A stretch of DNA of 64,000 nucleotides from Dehalococcoidia bacterium (GTDB lineage: Bacteria; Chloroflexota; Dehalococcoidia; Bin125), in contig OZ241962.1 in assembly GCA_965203995.1 (NCBI GenBank), forward strand, positions 971,463-1,035,462. The letters run 5' to 3'. The notes beneath the pieces are model-generated. The model had not been told where the DNA came from. It was given only the letters and a program-made list of their open reading frames with translations, and did not search any database. This document shows positions 19,273 to 31,615 of the stretch, piece by piece; the stretch's first letter is position 1; each line of letters begins with the position of its first letter. The translations under genes and the position numbers were made by a program.

Positions 19273-20583
19273 TCAGGTGACCATGCGGCGGACGATTTCG
19301 TAGGTGAGTTCGACGCCCATGTTGAAGTTCTCGACGGTCATGTGCTCGTCGTTGCCGTGGAAGCCGGAGGCCTCCTCTGGGCTGAGCAGGACGGGGATGA
19401 AGCCGTAGGCGGGGATGCCCTGCTGGCGGAGGAAGCGGTTGTCGGTGCCGCCGACGCAGGTGGAGGGGACGACGGTGGCGTCCTCGACCGCTTCGGTGAC
19501 GACGGCCTCGATCGTGTGATAGAGCTCGGTGTCCCAATCGACCTCGACCGGCTGATCCTGGTCCCAGCCCGAGAACTCGACCTCGATGCGGTCGTCGTCG
19601 ATTACGTCGATCACCTGCTGGCGCCAGTCCTCGCGGTCCTGACCGGGCAGCAGCCGGCAGTCGATGGTCGCCTCCGACCTGGCCGGGATCACGTTGGCCT
19701 TGATCCCGCTGTTGACCATGGTCACGTTGAGCGTGTTGATGAACATCGCGTGGATGTGGGGGTGTTCGGTGATCAGCGCGGCCAACTCGTCCTCGCTGTC
19801 GAAGGCGGGGATGTGGCCCTCGTCGACGAGGCGGTCGAGCCAGATGCGGGTCGAGGGCGTGATCGTGACGGGGCGTTCCCAGGCGGCCAGTCTGGAGAGC
19901 GCGTTGACGAGGTGGACGGCGGAGTTGTCGTAGTGGGGTCGCGAGCCGTGTCCGGGCGTGCCGATCGAGGTGAGCTGCAGCCAGCAGATGTCTTTTTCGT
20001 TGGTGGCGACGGAGAAAATGTCGGCTTCCTTACCCATGAGCTGGGTCGAGCCGCTCCCGCCCTCGGAGAGCTCGAACTCGACATCGACGAGGTCGGGGCG
20101 GTTCTTGCAGAGCCACTCCATGCCCCAGACCGAGCCGGCCTCTTCGTCGGGCACGCCGCAAAAGACGAGGTCGCGCTTGAGCGAGGCGCTGTGGCGCTGG
20201 AGCAGCAGCATCGTCATCAGGTGCATGATGCCGCAACCCTTCATGTCGACGGCGCCGCGGCCGTAGATCTTGCCGTCCTCGATCAGGCCCTCGAAGGCGG
20301 GCTTGGTCCAGTAGGCCTCCTCGACCGGGACGACGTCAAGGTGGTTGCAGAGCATCATCGGGCGCTTGGAGCCGTCGCCGCGCAGCCAGGCGAAAATGGC
20401 CTCGCGCTCGGGCTGGATCTCGACGTACTCGACCTCCATGCCGGCGTCGGAGAGGATCTTGCCCATCCAGCGAGCGGCGGGCTTCTCGTTGCCGGGCGGG
20501 TTGGTGGTGTTGATTTGCAGGTAGTTGACGAAGTAGTCGAGGGCCTCGTCGAAGACGGGCTGCCAGTTGATGTTGTTGGTCAT
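19273..20583 (-). CDS. M20/M25/M40 family metallopeptidase/deacylase
   Basis: HLDVVP, GRGAVDMKG, DEEAG, GHGS, GGTD, HGNDE. Confidence 0.92.
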   Translation of the reverse strand: MTNNINWQPVFDEALDYFVNYLQINTTNPPGNEKPAARWMGKILSDAGMEVEYVEIQPEREAIFAWLRGDGSKRPMMLCNHLDVVPVEEAYWTKPAFEGLIEDGKIYGRGAVDMKGCGIMHLMTMLLLQRHSASLKRDLVFCGVPDEEAGSVWGMEWLCKNRPDLVDVEFELSEGGSGSTQLMGKEADIFSVATNEKDICWLQLTSIGTPGHGSRPHYDNSAVHLVNALSRLAAWERPVTITPSTRIWLDRLVDEGHIPAFDSEDELAALITEHPHIHAMFINTLNVTMVNSGIKANVIPARSEATIDCRLLPGQDREDWRQQVIDVIDDDRIEVEFSGWDQDQPVEVDWDTELYHTIEAVVTEAVEDATVVPSTCVGGTDNRFLRQQGIPAYGFIPVLLSPEEASGFHGNDEHMTVENFNMGVELTYEIVRRMVT

Positions 20584-20689
20584 GGCTCGGCGCTCCTCTT
20601 ATGGGGGGATGGTAGCGGTGGTCGGGTGGTTGGCGGGAAATTTTTTCCTGCGCCGAACACAACGGAAACCCAGTGTTTTGCGGGGTCTG

Positions 20690-20800
20690 AGTGGTTGGAA
20701 GTGGTTAGGTTTGGTTGGGTTTGGTTGCCCCTGGTTGTTCGATTTTGTTCGATTCTGTTCGATTTTGTACGGATTTGGACGGGATTTGTGCGGGATATGA
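20690..20800 (-). repeat. AT-rich degenerate 10-bp-period repeats (AAATCGAACA-like and AACCAAACCY-like units)
   Basis: + strand GATTTTGTTC GATTCTGTTC GATTTTGTAC and GTGGTTGGAA GTGGTTAGGT TTGGTTGGGT TTGGTTG. Confidence 0.75.
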
Positions 20801-20965
20801 CCGGGGTTGAACGACAGTGTGCGGTCGTGGACGGCCTGGATGGGGAGGCCGCATCTTGCCGCAGATCGAGGGATCGAGGACGGTGGTTCACCGGGTCATC
20901 CGTTCGTGTCTGTCAACAGCACGGACATTCTAGCTCGAAAACGGATGCTTGCTGCCGGCATGGCG

Positions 20966-20986
20966 TAAGCTACGGAACATATGAGC
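20966..20986 (+). promoter_or_regulatory. -10 TAAGCT and LexA-type box GAACATATGAGC overlapping the lhr start codon
   Basis: Two mismatches to GAAC-N4-GTTC at a DNA-repair helicase start; TTGCTG -35-like hexamer upstream. Confidence 0.5.
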
Positions 20987-23900
20987 AATGGCGTTGCCGC
21001 GGCATCCGTGCTTGAGGACTTTCACCCGCTGGTGCGGGACTGGTTTGTCGATCGCTTTGGCGCTCCGACGTATGCGCAGGAGGACGGCTGGCCGGCGATC
21101 CGGACGGGGGAGGATTGCCTGATTGCGGCGCCGACGGGGTCGGGCAAGACGCTGACGGCGTTTCTGGCCGGGATCGACGAGCTGATCCGCGAGGGCGAAG
21201 GCACCGGCGGAGCGCTGCCGGACGAGGTGCGGATCCTGTACGTGTCGCCGCTGAAGGCGTTGTCGAACGACATCCGGCGCAACCTGGAGGAGCCGCTGAG
21301 CGAGATCCGGCAACTGGCGGAGCAGCGCGGGGTTGCGCTGCCGCGCATCCGCATGGGGCTGCGCACGGGCGACACGACGCAGGCCGAGCGACGGGCGATC
21401 GTCAAGCGGCCGCCGCAGATCCTGATCACGACGCCGGAGTCGCTGTACCTGATGCTGACGGCGAAGCAGTCGCGGGAGATCCTGCGCACGGTTCGGACGG
21501 TGATCCTGGACGAGATCCACGCGGTCGTGCGGGACAAGCGAGGATCGCACCTGTCCTTGACGCTGGCGCGGCTGGATCATGTGGCGGAACGGCGGCCGAC
21601 GCGGATCGGGCTGTCGGCGACGCAGAAGCCGATGTCGGAGATTGCCGCCTTCCTGACGGGTCTGGACGCGGCCGGCCAGCCGTTGCCCTGCCGGATTCTG
21701 GATCTGGGCCATCGGCGGGAACTGAAGCTGTGGATCGAGACGACGGACGCGCCGCTGCAGGCGCTGGCCACGCACGACCACTGGGGCGCGGTCTACGACC
21801 GGTTGGCGGAGCTGATCCTGCAGCACCGCACGACGCTGATCTTCGTCAACCGGCGCTCGCTGGCCGAGCGGGTGGCGCACGAGCTGGGCATCCGGGTGGG
21901 CAAGGAGCACGTGTCGGGGCACCACGGATCGCTGTCCAAGGAGCGGCGGCACGTGATGGAGCAGCGGCTGAAGACGGGCGATCTCAAGGCGGTGGTGGCG
22001 ACGGCGTCGCTGGAGCTGGGGATCGACATCGGCTCGGTCGACCTGGTCTGCCAGGTCGGGTCGCCGCGGCGAATCGCGACGTTCCTGCAGCGCGTCGGGC
22101 GCTCGGGTCACGCGCTGGGGCTGGTGCCGCACGGGGCGCTGTTCCCGACGGCGCTGGACGAACTGGTGGAGTTCGCGGCGATGGTGCGGGCGGTCGAGGG
22201 CGGCGATCTGGATCGGATCTGCCAGCCCAGGGCGCCGATCGAGATTCTGGCGCAGCAGATCGTGGCGGAGGCGGCGTCGGAAGAGGAATGGCGCGAAGAC
22301 GAGCTGTTCCGGCTGATGCGGCGGGCGGCTCCGTACGCCGGGCTGGAGCGGGCGGCGTTCGACGAGACGATGGAGATGCTGGCCACGGGGATCGGCGAGG
22401 CGGGCGGACGCTCGCAGCCGCTGGTCCACCGCGACCGGATCAACGGCGTGGTCAGACCGCGCCGGGCGGCGCGGATGACGGCGATCCTGAACGGCGGCAC
22501 GATTCCCGAGACCGGGGATTACCGCGTGATCAAGGAGCCCGAGGGCGCGTTCATCGGCACGGTCAACGAGGACTTTGCGATCGAGACGGCGGCGGGCGAC
22601 ATCTTCCTGCTGGGCAGCACCTCATGGAGGATCAGGCGGGTCGAGAACAAGGGCATCGTGCGGGTCGAGGACGCGCACGGCGCGCCGCCGACGATTCCCT
22701 TCTGGCTGGGCGAGGCGCCGGGCCGGAGCATGGAGCTGTCGGCGGCGGTGGGCGAGCTGCGGCGCGACGTGGGCGCGATGGCAGACGACGTCGAGGGCGC
22801 GGCGCGCAGGCTGCAGCGCGAGTGTCACATGCAGGCGATCGCGGCCGAACAGATCGTGGAGTACCTGTCGGAGACGCAGGATTCGCTGCAGGTGATGCCG
22901 TCGGACACCGACGTGGTGTTCGAGCGGTTCTTCGACGAGGGCGGCGGGCAGCAGCTGGTGGTGCACGCGCCGTTCGGGTCGGGGGTCAACCGGGCCTGGG
23001 GACTGGCGCTGCGCAAGCGCTTCTGCGTGCGCTTCGACTTCGAACTGCAGGCGGCGGCAAACGAGGAGGGGATTTTGCTCTCGCTGGGTCCGACGCAGTC
23101 GTTCCCGCTGGAGGAGGCGTTCGAGTACCTGAAGGCGGACAACGCGGAGCAGTCGCTGCGCCAGGCGGTGCTGTATGCGCCGTTCTGGAACACGCGCTGG
23201 CGCTGGGCGGCGACGCGGGCGCTGGCGGTGCCCCGGCGTCGGGCGGGCAAGGAAGTCCCGCCCTACCTGCAACGGATGATTGCCGACGACCTGCTGGCCG
23301 CGGTGTTCCCGGCGCAGGTCGGTTGCCAGGAGAACCTGGCCGGACCGCTCGAGGTGCCCGACCATCCGTTGATCGCGCAGACGATGGACGATTGCCTGCA
23401 CGAGGCGGTCAATACGGATGCATTGATCGGCGTGCTGGAACGGATCGAGCGGGGCGAGATCCGGCTGCATGCGCGGGACACCGTGACGCCCTCGGCGATG
23501 GCGCAGAGCATCATCAACATCAACCCGTTCGGCTTCCTCGACGACGCGCCGCTGGAGGAGCGGCGGGCGCGGGCGGTGATGACACGGCGCACGCTGCCCA
23601 ACGAACAGCGCGACCTGGGCAAGCTGGATATCGACGCGATCGAGCGGGTGCAGGAGGAGGCGTTCCCGCCGATCCGCGACGCGGACGAACTGCATGAGTT
23701 GCTGCACTCGGTCGTGGCCTGGCGCGAGGGCGCGCTGCCGGCGCTCGATCCGGCGATGCTGGCCGAGCTTCGCGAGAGCGGGCGCGCGGCGCGCGCGGAG
23801 GGTCCGGAGGGCGCGGTCTGGTTCGCGGCCGAGCACCTGGAGTCGATCCGCCAGTTGCTCCCCGATCACGCGGTTGAGCCGGGCTTCAGCGTGCCGGAGT

Positions 23901-25285
23901 CGGCGCTGGCCCTGCCCGACGACCGCGAGGACGCGCGGCTGAGGCTGGTGCGGGGACACCTGGAGATTTCGGGTCCGATCACGGCGGAACAGCTCTCGCG
24001 GCGCTGCGGTCTGCAGGCGCCGGACTGCGGCTACGGACTGGCGCAGCTTGAGGCCTACGGCGAGGTCATGCGCGGACAGTTCACGCCGACGCTGGCAGAG
24101 GACGACGCGGAGGAGTACTGCGACCGCCGACTGCTGGCGCGGATTCACCGCTACACGATTGCGCGGTTGCGGGCGGAGATTGAGCCGGTCACGGTGCAGC
24201 ACTACCTGCGCTTCCTGCTTCGCTGGCAGCATCTGACGCCGGACACGCGGCTGGCGGGCAAGGCCGGGGTGCGGGCGGTGATCGAGCAGTTGCAGGGCTT
24301 CGAGGCGCCGGCGGCGTCGTGGGAGCGCGACCTGATCGCGGCGCGGGTGTCGGACTACCGCGAGGCCTGGCTGGACGAGCTGTGCCTGGCCGGAGACATC
24401 GCCTGGGCGCGTCTGACGACGCGATCGGCGCGGCGGGCGCCGACCAAGACGACGCCGGTGGCGCTGGCGCTGCGTCGTGACTTCCGCTCGCTGCTGGCGG
24501 CGGTGCGTCGGCCGGCGCCGATTCCCGCCGCTCGCGGACGATCGGCGCCTGAGCCAGCGCCCGATGTCGCCGAACAACTGCACGCCGACGGCGGCGCGGC
24601 GAGCCAGATTTTGCGGCTGCTGGAAGATCGCGGGGCGCTGTTCTTCGACGAACTGGTGGACGGGACGCGGCGGATCGCGACCGATGTCGAGGGCGGGCTG
24701 CGCGAACTGGTCGCCTCGGGTCTGGCCCACGCGGACGGATTCCAGGGTCTGCGGCAACTGATCCGCCCGAACCGCAAGTCGAGGCGGCCGCGCTACGGCG
24801 GCGGCGGAGTGTTCATCGGCGAGGGACCGGCCGGGCGCTGGGCGGCGCTGCCGCCGTCAGTTGCGCCGACAGCGGATCCCGAGGAGGCGGACGAGCTGGC
24901 CGAGCGGATCGCGCGGATCCTGCTGCATCGCTACGGGGTCGTCTCGCGGGAGCTGGCGACTCGGGAGAGCCTGACGATCCAGTGGCGGGACGTGCTGCGG
25001 GCACTGAGACGGCTGGAAGCGCGGGGTGAGATTCGCGGCGGGCGGTTCATCCAGGGTCTGATCGGCGAGCAGTTTGCGTTGCCGGAGGCGATCGATCGTC
25101 TGCGGGCGGTGCGTCGGTCGGCGACGACGGGCGAAGAGGTCACGATCGCGGCCAGCGACCCGTGCAACCTGGTCGGGATCCTGCTGCCGGGTCAGAAGGT
25201 GCCGTCGCGGTTGGGGGCGAAGCTGACATTGGTCGATGGGGTGTTGGAGGCGGAGGCGGCTGTCGGGGTTGCTGCGGCGGATTAG
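20981..25285 (+). CDS. lhr: Lhr-like ATP-dependent SF2 helicase (long form)
   Basis: APTGSGKT, SPLKALSND, DEIH, GLSAT, HHGSLS, SLELGIDIG, QRVGRSGH, C-terminal RYGVV...GEIRGGRF...GEQFALP. Confidence 0.92.
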   Translation: MSNGVAAASVLEDFHPLVRDWFVDRFGAPTYAQEDGWPAIRTGEDCLIAAPTGSGKTLTAFLAGIDELIREGEGTGGALPDEVRILYVSPLKALSNDIRRNLEEPLSEIRQLAEQRGVALPRIRMGLRTGDTTQAERRAIVKRPPQILITTPESLYLMLTAKQSREILRTVRTVILDEIHAVVRDKRGSHLSLTLARLDHVAERRPTRIGLSATQKPMSEIAAFLTGLDAAGQPLPCRILDLGHRRELKLWIETTDAPLQALATHDHWGAVYDRLAELILQHRTTLIFVNRRSLAERVAHELGIRVGKEHVSGHHGSLSKERRHVMEQRLKTGDLKAVVATASLELGIDIGSVDLVCQVGSPRRIATFLQRVGRSGHALGLVPHGALFPTALDELVEFAAMVRAVEGGDLDRICQPRAPIEILAQQIVAEAASEEEWREDELFRLMRRAAPYAGLERAAFDETMEMLATGIGEAGGRSQPLVHRDRINGVVRPRRAARMTAILNGGTIPETGDYRVIKEPEGAFIGTVNEDFAIETAAGDIFLLGSTSWRIRRVENKGIVRVEDAHGAPPTIPFWLGEAPGRSMELSAAVGELRRDVGAMADDVEGAARRLQRECHMQAIAAEQIVEYLSETQDSLQVMPSDTDVVFERFFDEGGGQQLVVHAPFGSGVNRAWGLALRKRFCVRFDFELQAAANEEGILLSLGPTQSFPLEEAFEYLKADNAEQSLRQAVLYAPFWNTRWRWAATRALAVPRRRAGKEVPPYLQRMIADDLLAAVFPAQVGCQENLAGPLEVPDHPLIAQTMDDCLHEAVNTDALIGVLERIERGEIRLHARDTVTPSAMAQSIININPFGFLDDAPLEERRARAVMTRRTLPNEQRDLGKLDIDAIERVQEEAFPPIRDADELHELLHSVVAWREGALPALDPAMLAELRESGRAARAEGPEGAVWFAAEHLESIRQLLPDHAVEPGFSVPESALALPDDREDARLRLVRGHLEISGPITAEQLSRRCGLQAPDCGYGLAQLEAYGEVMRGQFTPTLAEDDAEEYCDRRLLARIHRYTIARLRAEIEPVTVQHYLRFLLRWQHLTPDTRLAGKAGVRAVIEQLQGFEAPAASWERDLIAARVSDYREAWLDELCLAGDIAWARLTTRSARRAPTKTTPVALALRRDFRSLLAAVRRPAPIPAARGRSAPEPAPDVAEQLHADGGAASQILRLLEDRGALFFDELVDGTRRIATDVEGGLRELVASGLAHADGFQGLRQLIRPNRKSRRPRYGGGGVFIGEGPAGRWAALPPSVAPTADPEEADELAERIARILLHRYGVVSRELATRESLTIQWRDVLRALRRLEARGEIRGGRFIQGLIGEQFALPEAIDRLRAVRRSATTGEEVTIAASDPCNLVGILLPGQKVPSRLGAKLTLVDGVLEAEAAVGVAAAD

Positions 25286-25395
25286 GTGTGCTGCCGGCTG
25301 TAGGGTGAAGCGCGGCTGATCGAGTGACGCGGCGTGCTGATAAGCGACGGCCGACGCATCGCCGCGTTGAGTCGTCAGGCGGAGGATCGTCCCTC

Positions 25396-26127
25396 ATGGT
25401 ACAACGGGCTGAGAGGTTGGAGAGACTGCTCGGAAATTTGCCGGCGTTCCTGCTCTTGGTGTTCATCCTCGCTACTTTCACTGTGCTGCTTGGCAACGCC
25501 AACATCCTCAGTTTGTATTTTGGTCAATTCCCAGAAACTGGCGTCCTAGATCTTGGCAAGCGAGTCGAGGTGGCTCCACTGAAGGGCATTGAACTCTTAC
25601 TGATTCCACTGACGGCGTACGTCGTCGCGCGCTGGAGCGTCGGATCTGACAGGTTCCGGCGCTGGGCGAGGGACATAGGCCCGATGCGGCCAATCTTGTT
25701 CTTTGCGACGATGCTCGCGGTGTTGGTGTACTTCTTGTTCTCAGTACAAGAGCCTATGGTCAGCTTCGGTCCGGATCACTTCGGCGTGCCGCGCTGGTTC
25801 GGCGCTCTCTTACTCGTCCTGTTCACCTGGCTCTGGCAACCGTTATTCCCCAGGACGATCGCGAATCTCGCCGCAATGGTGGTGGGCCCCACCGCGATCG
25901 CCGTGTTCGGCTACGCGTTTTTTGATTCGTACGCGCGGTACTTCTACTATGAAGCGTGTGACGGCTGTGAACTCCGGGGAGTTCTGCTCGCGATCCTAGT
26001 CATGCTGGTTGAGGCGCCGCTGTTGTTTATCTCGTCGCCTCGCGCCCATGCAATCTGGACCGGCACCGTGATGACGTGTACTGCACTGTTTGGTCTTGCC
26101 TGGCTGTCAGCTTGGGTATCAGCTTGA
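25396..26127 (+). CDS. hypothetical membrane protein (visibly lower GC)
   Basis: About seven hydrophobic segments; GGAGG upstream of ATG 25396. Confidence 0.55.
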   Translation: MVQRAERLERLLGNLPAFLLLVFILATFTVLLGNANILSLYFGQFPETGVLDLGKRVEVAPLKGIELLLIPLTAYVVARWSVGSDRFRRWARDIGPMRPILFFATMLAVLVYFLFSVQEPMVSFGPDHFGVPRWFGALLLVLFTWLWQPLFPRTIANLAAMVVGPTAIAVFGYAFFDSYARYFYYEACDGCELRGVLLAILVMLVEAPLLFISSPRAHAIWTGTVMTCTALFGLAWLSAWVSA

Positions 26128-26149
26128 GCCACAAGCATCGGCGCGAGTG

Positions 26150-28315
<2,166 letters not shown>

Positions 28316-28388
28316 GGCAACCTATTCGTCTCGCTTCAGCGCGCGGCCAGAGAGCGGAGCGTAACAACAGTGTTCGGGCACGGCGAGT

Positions 28389-29717
28389 CTATGGTCGCTC
28401 GCCGGCGAGGTAGGCGGTGGCGTAGCCGAGGCCCTGGGCGCCGCCGGGTTTGCGGGTTTGCTGACCCCAGGTGGGACCGTCGATCCAGAACCCCTCGGGA
28501 ATGATGAAGCCGCGCATCATCAACAGCGGTTGATCGCCCACCTCCGCGATTCGGTGGCCGATCTGCAGCAGGGCCTGGCCCAGGGCGGTCTGCTCGAAGA
28601 TCCAGGTGTGCATGTCGTGCTGCGACGGCGGGCTGGTGCCGGGTCGCGAGGTGACCGCCTCCTGGTAGAAGGCGCGCAGGTCCTCGACGGCGTAGCGCAG
28701 CAGCATCGGCATCCGGTGGATCCAGTTTGGTTCGGAGGCCGCCGCCGGGATGTCCGAGAATCCCTCGCCTTGGGCGCAGGCGACGACGAGGGAGACGACG
28801 GCATCGATCTGCTCGGGAGTCGCGCCGCTCATGCCGATCGTGGTCCGGCCACGGTGGCGGCGGGTCTCTTCGTACCAGGGCGTGAGCAGGTCGACTTCGC
28901 GCCGCAGCGCGGACTCAAGGTCGCTGACATCGGGCTCGGGCATCGCGATCGAGCAGGCCCAGACGCCGTCGCCGTTGCCGTCCGGCGCTTCGCGGGGGAA
29001 GTCGGCGATCGTCGGTTCGGTCGCCGTTTCAAAGAGGCGCAGGGCGCTGCGCAGGACATCGGTCTGGAACTCGGGATCGTCGGCGACGCCGAGCGGTCGA
29101 CCGAGCGGGAACGGCACCCAGAGCGCGCGCGGCGGGTTGACGACTTCGGTGTGCTCGCGAATCAGGCTGATGCCGGTGGTCGCGATGCCTTCGGCTTCGA
29201 GCAGCCAGGAGAGGGTACCGACGGTACCCGTGCAGGCCGGTCAAACGGGAGTCAGCATGGCGCAGTCGACGCCGGAGCCGCGCATGCGCTGGGCCAGGTC
29301 GGCGGCCGCGTCCTTGAGCAGGTAGGGATTGGGGTTGGAGCCGAGCACGGAGTAGTGCCACTCGGAGACCGCGCCGATCTCGCCGGCCTGGGCCAGTTCG
29401 CGCATCCGATCGAGCGGGAGGACGACGTTGACGTCGCGCTGGTAGTGGGTGCGGTCGAAGTTGACGCTGACCTGGGTCTGGACGAGGTCGGCGGGGTTTA
29501 CGTCGTTGGGGATGACGCGATAGCCCTGGTCGCCGAAGCGGAACGGCCGGTCGTCGCGGCGATGCAGGCCGGCGGAGGTGATCAGGGCGATCGTCGCCTC
29601 GGCCAGCGGCGGCGGCGTGACGAACGGCGTGCCGTCGAGCGGCATCTGCGCGAAGCGCTTGCCCATGTTGCGCATGTGATGCGCTTCTTCGGGATGCAAC
29701 TCACTGAGGCGAACCAT
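28389..29717 (-). CDS. PrdB/GrdB-like (glycine/sarcosine/betaine/D-proline reductase B) selenoprotein with C-terminal extension; Sec at TGA 29243-29241
   Basis: ALITSAGLH, DVNVVLPLDRMREL, MLTPV-U-PAC, PPRALWVPFPLGRPLG; both called ORFs are in one frame joined by TGA; hairpin follows. Confidence 0.88.
29213..29229 (-). promoter_or_regulatory. putative bacterial SECIS hairpin GGGTACC-GTC-GGTACCC
   Basis: Perfect 7-bp stem starting 11 nt after the in-frame UGA, G in the apical loop. Confidence 0.7.
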
Positions 29718-29746
29718 GCCGCAATCCTTCCCGTCTCAGCCCGAGG

Positions 29747-30091
29747 CTAGGGCGCTTCCTCGATGGTCGCCGAGAGCGACCCCTGGCAGTGGGGGATCCT
29801 GGGGTCCGGGCCCCAACTGTGGATCTGATCCTGGTGCTTCTTGACCGTCTCGTAGTCGGCCGTCTCGACGATGCCGCGGCCGTGGCCGTCAATCATCGAG
29901 GCGATCGCGAACGCCTTCTCACGCGAGTATCCTAACACGCCGCCGAGCATTTCGATCACGTACTCGTAGGAGTGGTCGTCCGAGTCGTGCAGGAAGAGGT
30001 GATAACGCTTCTCCAGCTCGCTGCCGCGTTCGGCGTCGACATCATCCTCGACAACGACATCGGGTCGCGGGACCGAAGGTTGCGAGGTCAT
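29747..30091 (-). CDS. clpS: ATP-dependent Clp protease adaptor ClpS
   Basis: YHLFLHDSDDHSYEYVIEML...GRGIV...LSATIEEA. Confidence 0.85.
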   Translation of the reverse strand: MTSQPSVPRPDVVVEDDVDAERGSELEKRYHLFLHDSDDHSYEYVIEMLGGVLGYSREKAFAIASMIDGHGRGIVETADYETVKKHQDQIHSWGPDPRIPHCQGSLSATIEEAP

Positions 30092-31518
30092 GCGGCGGCC
30101 TCGTGCAGGGCGCGCAGTTCCGGCGCGTCGGAGTCGGCGCCGGCCCAGCGCTCGGCGGCGCGGCGGAAGGATTGCTTCGCGTCGGCCATGTCGCCCTTCG
30201 CCGATTGGGCCCGGCCCCAGCGGAAGAGGTCGCGGGCGGTCGCGCCTCGGTCGAGGCGCTCGCGCAAGAGATCGAGCGCTGCCTCGCTGCGGCCGGCGCG
30301 CAGGTTGGCCTCGACCAGAGTCTCTTCGAAGACGTCGCGTTGAGCGTTAGAACCGCCCAGGGTGACCAGCAGCTCGCGAACGTCCGACAAGCCATCGGCC
30401 GCCGCCTCGTAGTCGCCCTGCCCGAAGGCGGAAAGCGCTTCGACCACGGGCGCAACCACCGAGCCGGCGGTCGGATGCCCTCGGTCCGCCGCCTCGCGCA
30501 ATCCATCGATCAGCGCGCCCAGCCCGACCTCGTCGCCGAGCGCCGCCAGCGCCATGGCGCGATGCACATCCACCCAGGCCGTGCCCGCTCGCGGAAAGGC
30601 CTGATCGGCGACCTCGGCAATCGCACGCCAACCGTGATCATCCGCCCGGTTCCCGGCGACGCTGTCGTGCAATCGACAGCGCCAGAGCAGGGACGCGCCG
30701 TCGGCAACCGCGCCCAGGGCGTCGCCGTGTTCGTCGGCGCCGGGACGGATCGTGTCGTCGTGCAAGGCCAACGCCTCCGAGCGCTTGCCGTTGGCGAGCA
30801 GGAACAGGGCCTGGTGCCAGGTCAGATGGCGGAAGAAGCCCGCTCGCTCGGGAAAGTCGGTCAGCCATTCACCGAGGAACCCCGCGCCGCCGTCGATGTC
30901 GTGCTCCTCGAAGAAGACGTGCGACATCGCGTGGGCCGCCTGGCCGTTCTGCCGGCGCAGGTCGAGCGAGCGCTGGACCAGTACGCGAGCTCGTTCGAGC
31001 TCGTCCATTTCGTGGTTGGCGAACGCGTGCCAGCTCAGGAACCACCAGTCGTCGCCGAAGGCGGGCGCAAGGCGGTCGAACTGCTCCAGCATCCGCTCGC
31101 GCTTCTCGACGCCGCCGCCGTAGAAGTTGCCGCCCAGCCACTGCAAGACGATCGGCGCGTCGCGCGGCGTGTCGTGAAGATGCGCGTCGATCAATGCCGG
31201 CGCCTCCGACGCCTTGCCCCGCGCCGCCGCGCCGAGGATCGCGGCGTGCCGCTGCTCGCGCGGGCTCGCCTGCTCGGCCAGTTCGTGGGCCTGGTTGGCG
31301 AGTTCGGCTGCCAGCTTGCCGTTGCCGCGGAAGAGGTGGAACAGTCCAAGTTGCGAATGGGCCAGCGCGAAGTTCGGATCCAGCTCGATCGCCCGGCCCA
31401 ACGCCTCGTCCACTCCCAGGCGGTACGAGAGCATCCGGTCGACGCCCAGGCGATAGGCCTCTGCAGCTTCCTCCGAGGTGGTCAGCGGCAGGCCCCAGGC
31501 ATCGTTGGGCAAGGTCAT
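30088..31518 (-). CDS. TPR repeat protein (TTC38-like)
   Basis: AHAMSHVFFE, HLTWHQALF, LGGSNAQRDVF motifs. Confidence 0.85.
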   Translation of the reverse strand: MTLPNDAWGLPLTTSEEAAEAYRLGVDRMLSYRLGVDEALGRAIELDPNFALAHSQLGLFHLFRGNGKLAAELANQAHELAEQASPREQRHAAILGAAARGKASEAPALIDAHLHDTPRDAPIVLQWLGGNFYGGGVEKRERMLEQFDRLAPAFGDDWWFLSWHAFANHEMDELERARVLVQRSLDLRRQNGQAAHAMSHVFFEEHDIDGGAGFLGEWLTDFPERAGFFRHLTWHQALFLLANGKRSEALALHDDTIRPGADEHGDALGAVADGASLLWRCRLHDSVAGNRADDHGWRAIAEVADQAFPRAGTAWVDVHRAMALAALGDEVGLGALIDGLREAADRGHPTAGSVVAPVVEALSAFGQGDYEAAADGLSDVRELLVTLGGSNAQRDVFEETLVEANLRAGRSEAALDLLRERLDRGATARDLFRWGRAQSAKGDMADAKQSFRRAAERWAGADSDAPELRALHEAAA

Positions 31519-31615
31519 CGGGTACTCCTCGCGCGGTTGCGTTCAGGCTTCAGCCTAGTCAGGCTAGTCGTCAGCGGGCGTTGGTGTCGCCCGGGCCAGC
31601 GCCTAGGCTGGCCGC

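Noticed and set aside
20580-20891. 103-aa ORF across the 10-bp repeats
   Set aside because: Composition is dictated by a non-triplet repeat; codon use is unlike the host genes
28389-29717. Pseudogene or two separate genes
   Set aside because: In-frame TGA in a UxxC motif with a downstream hairpin fits selenocysteine recoding better
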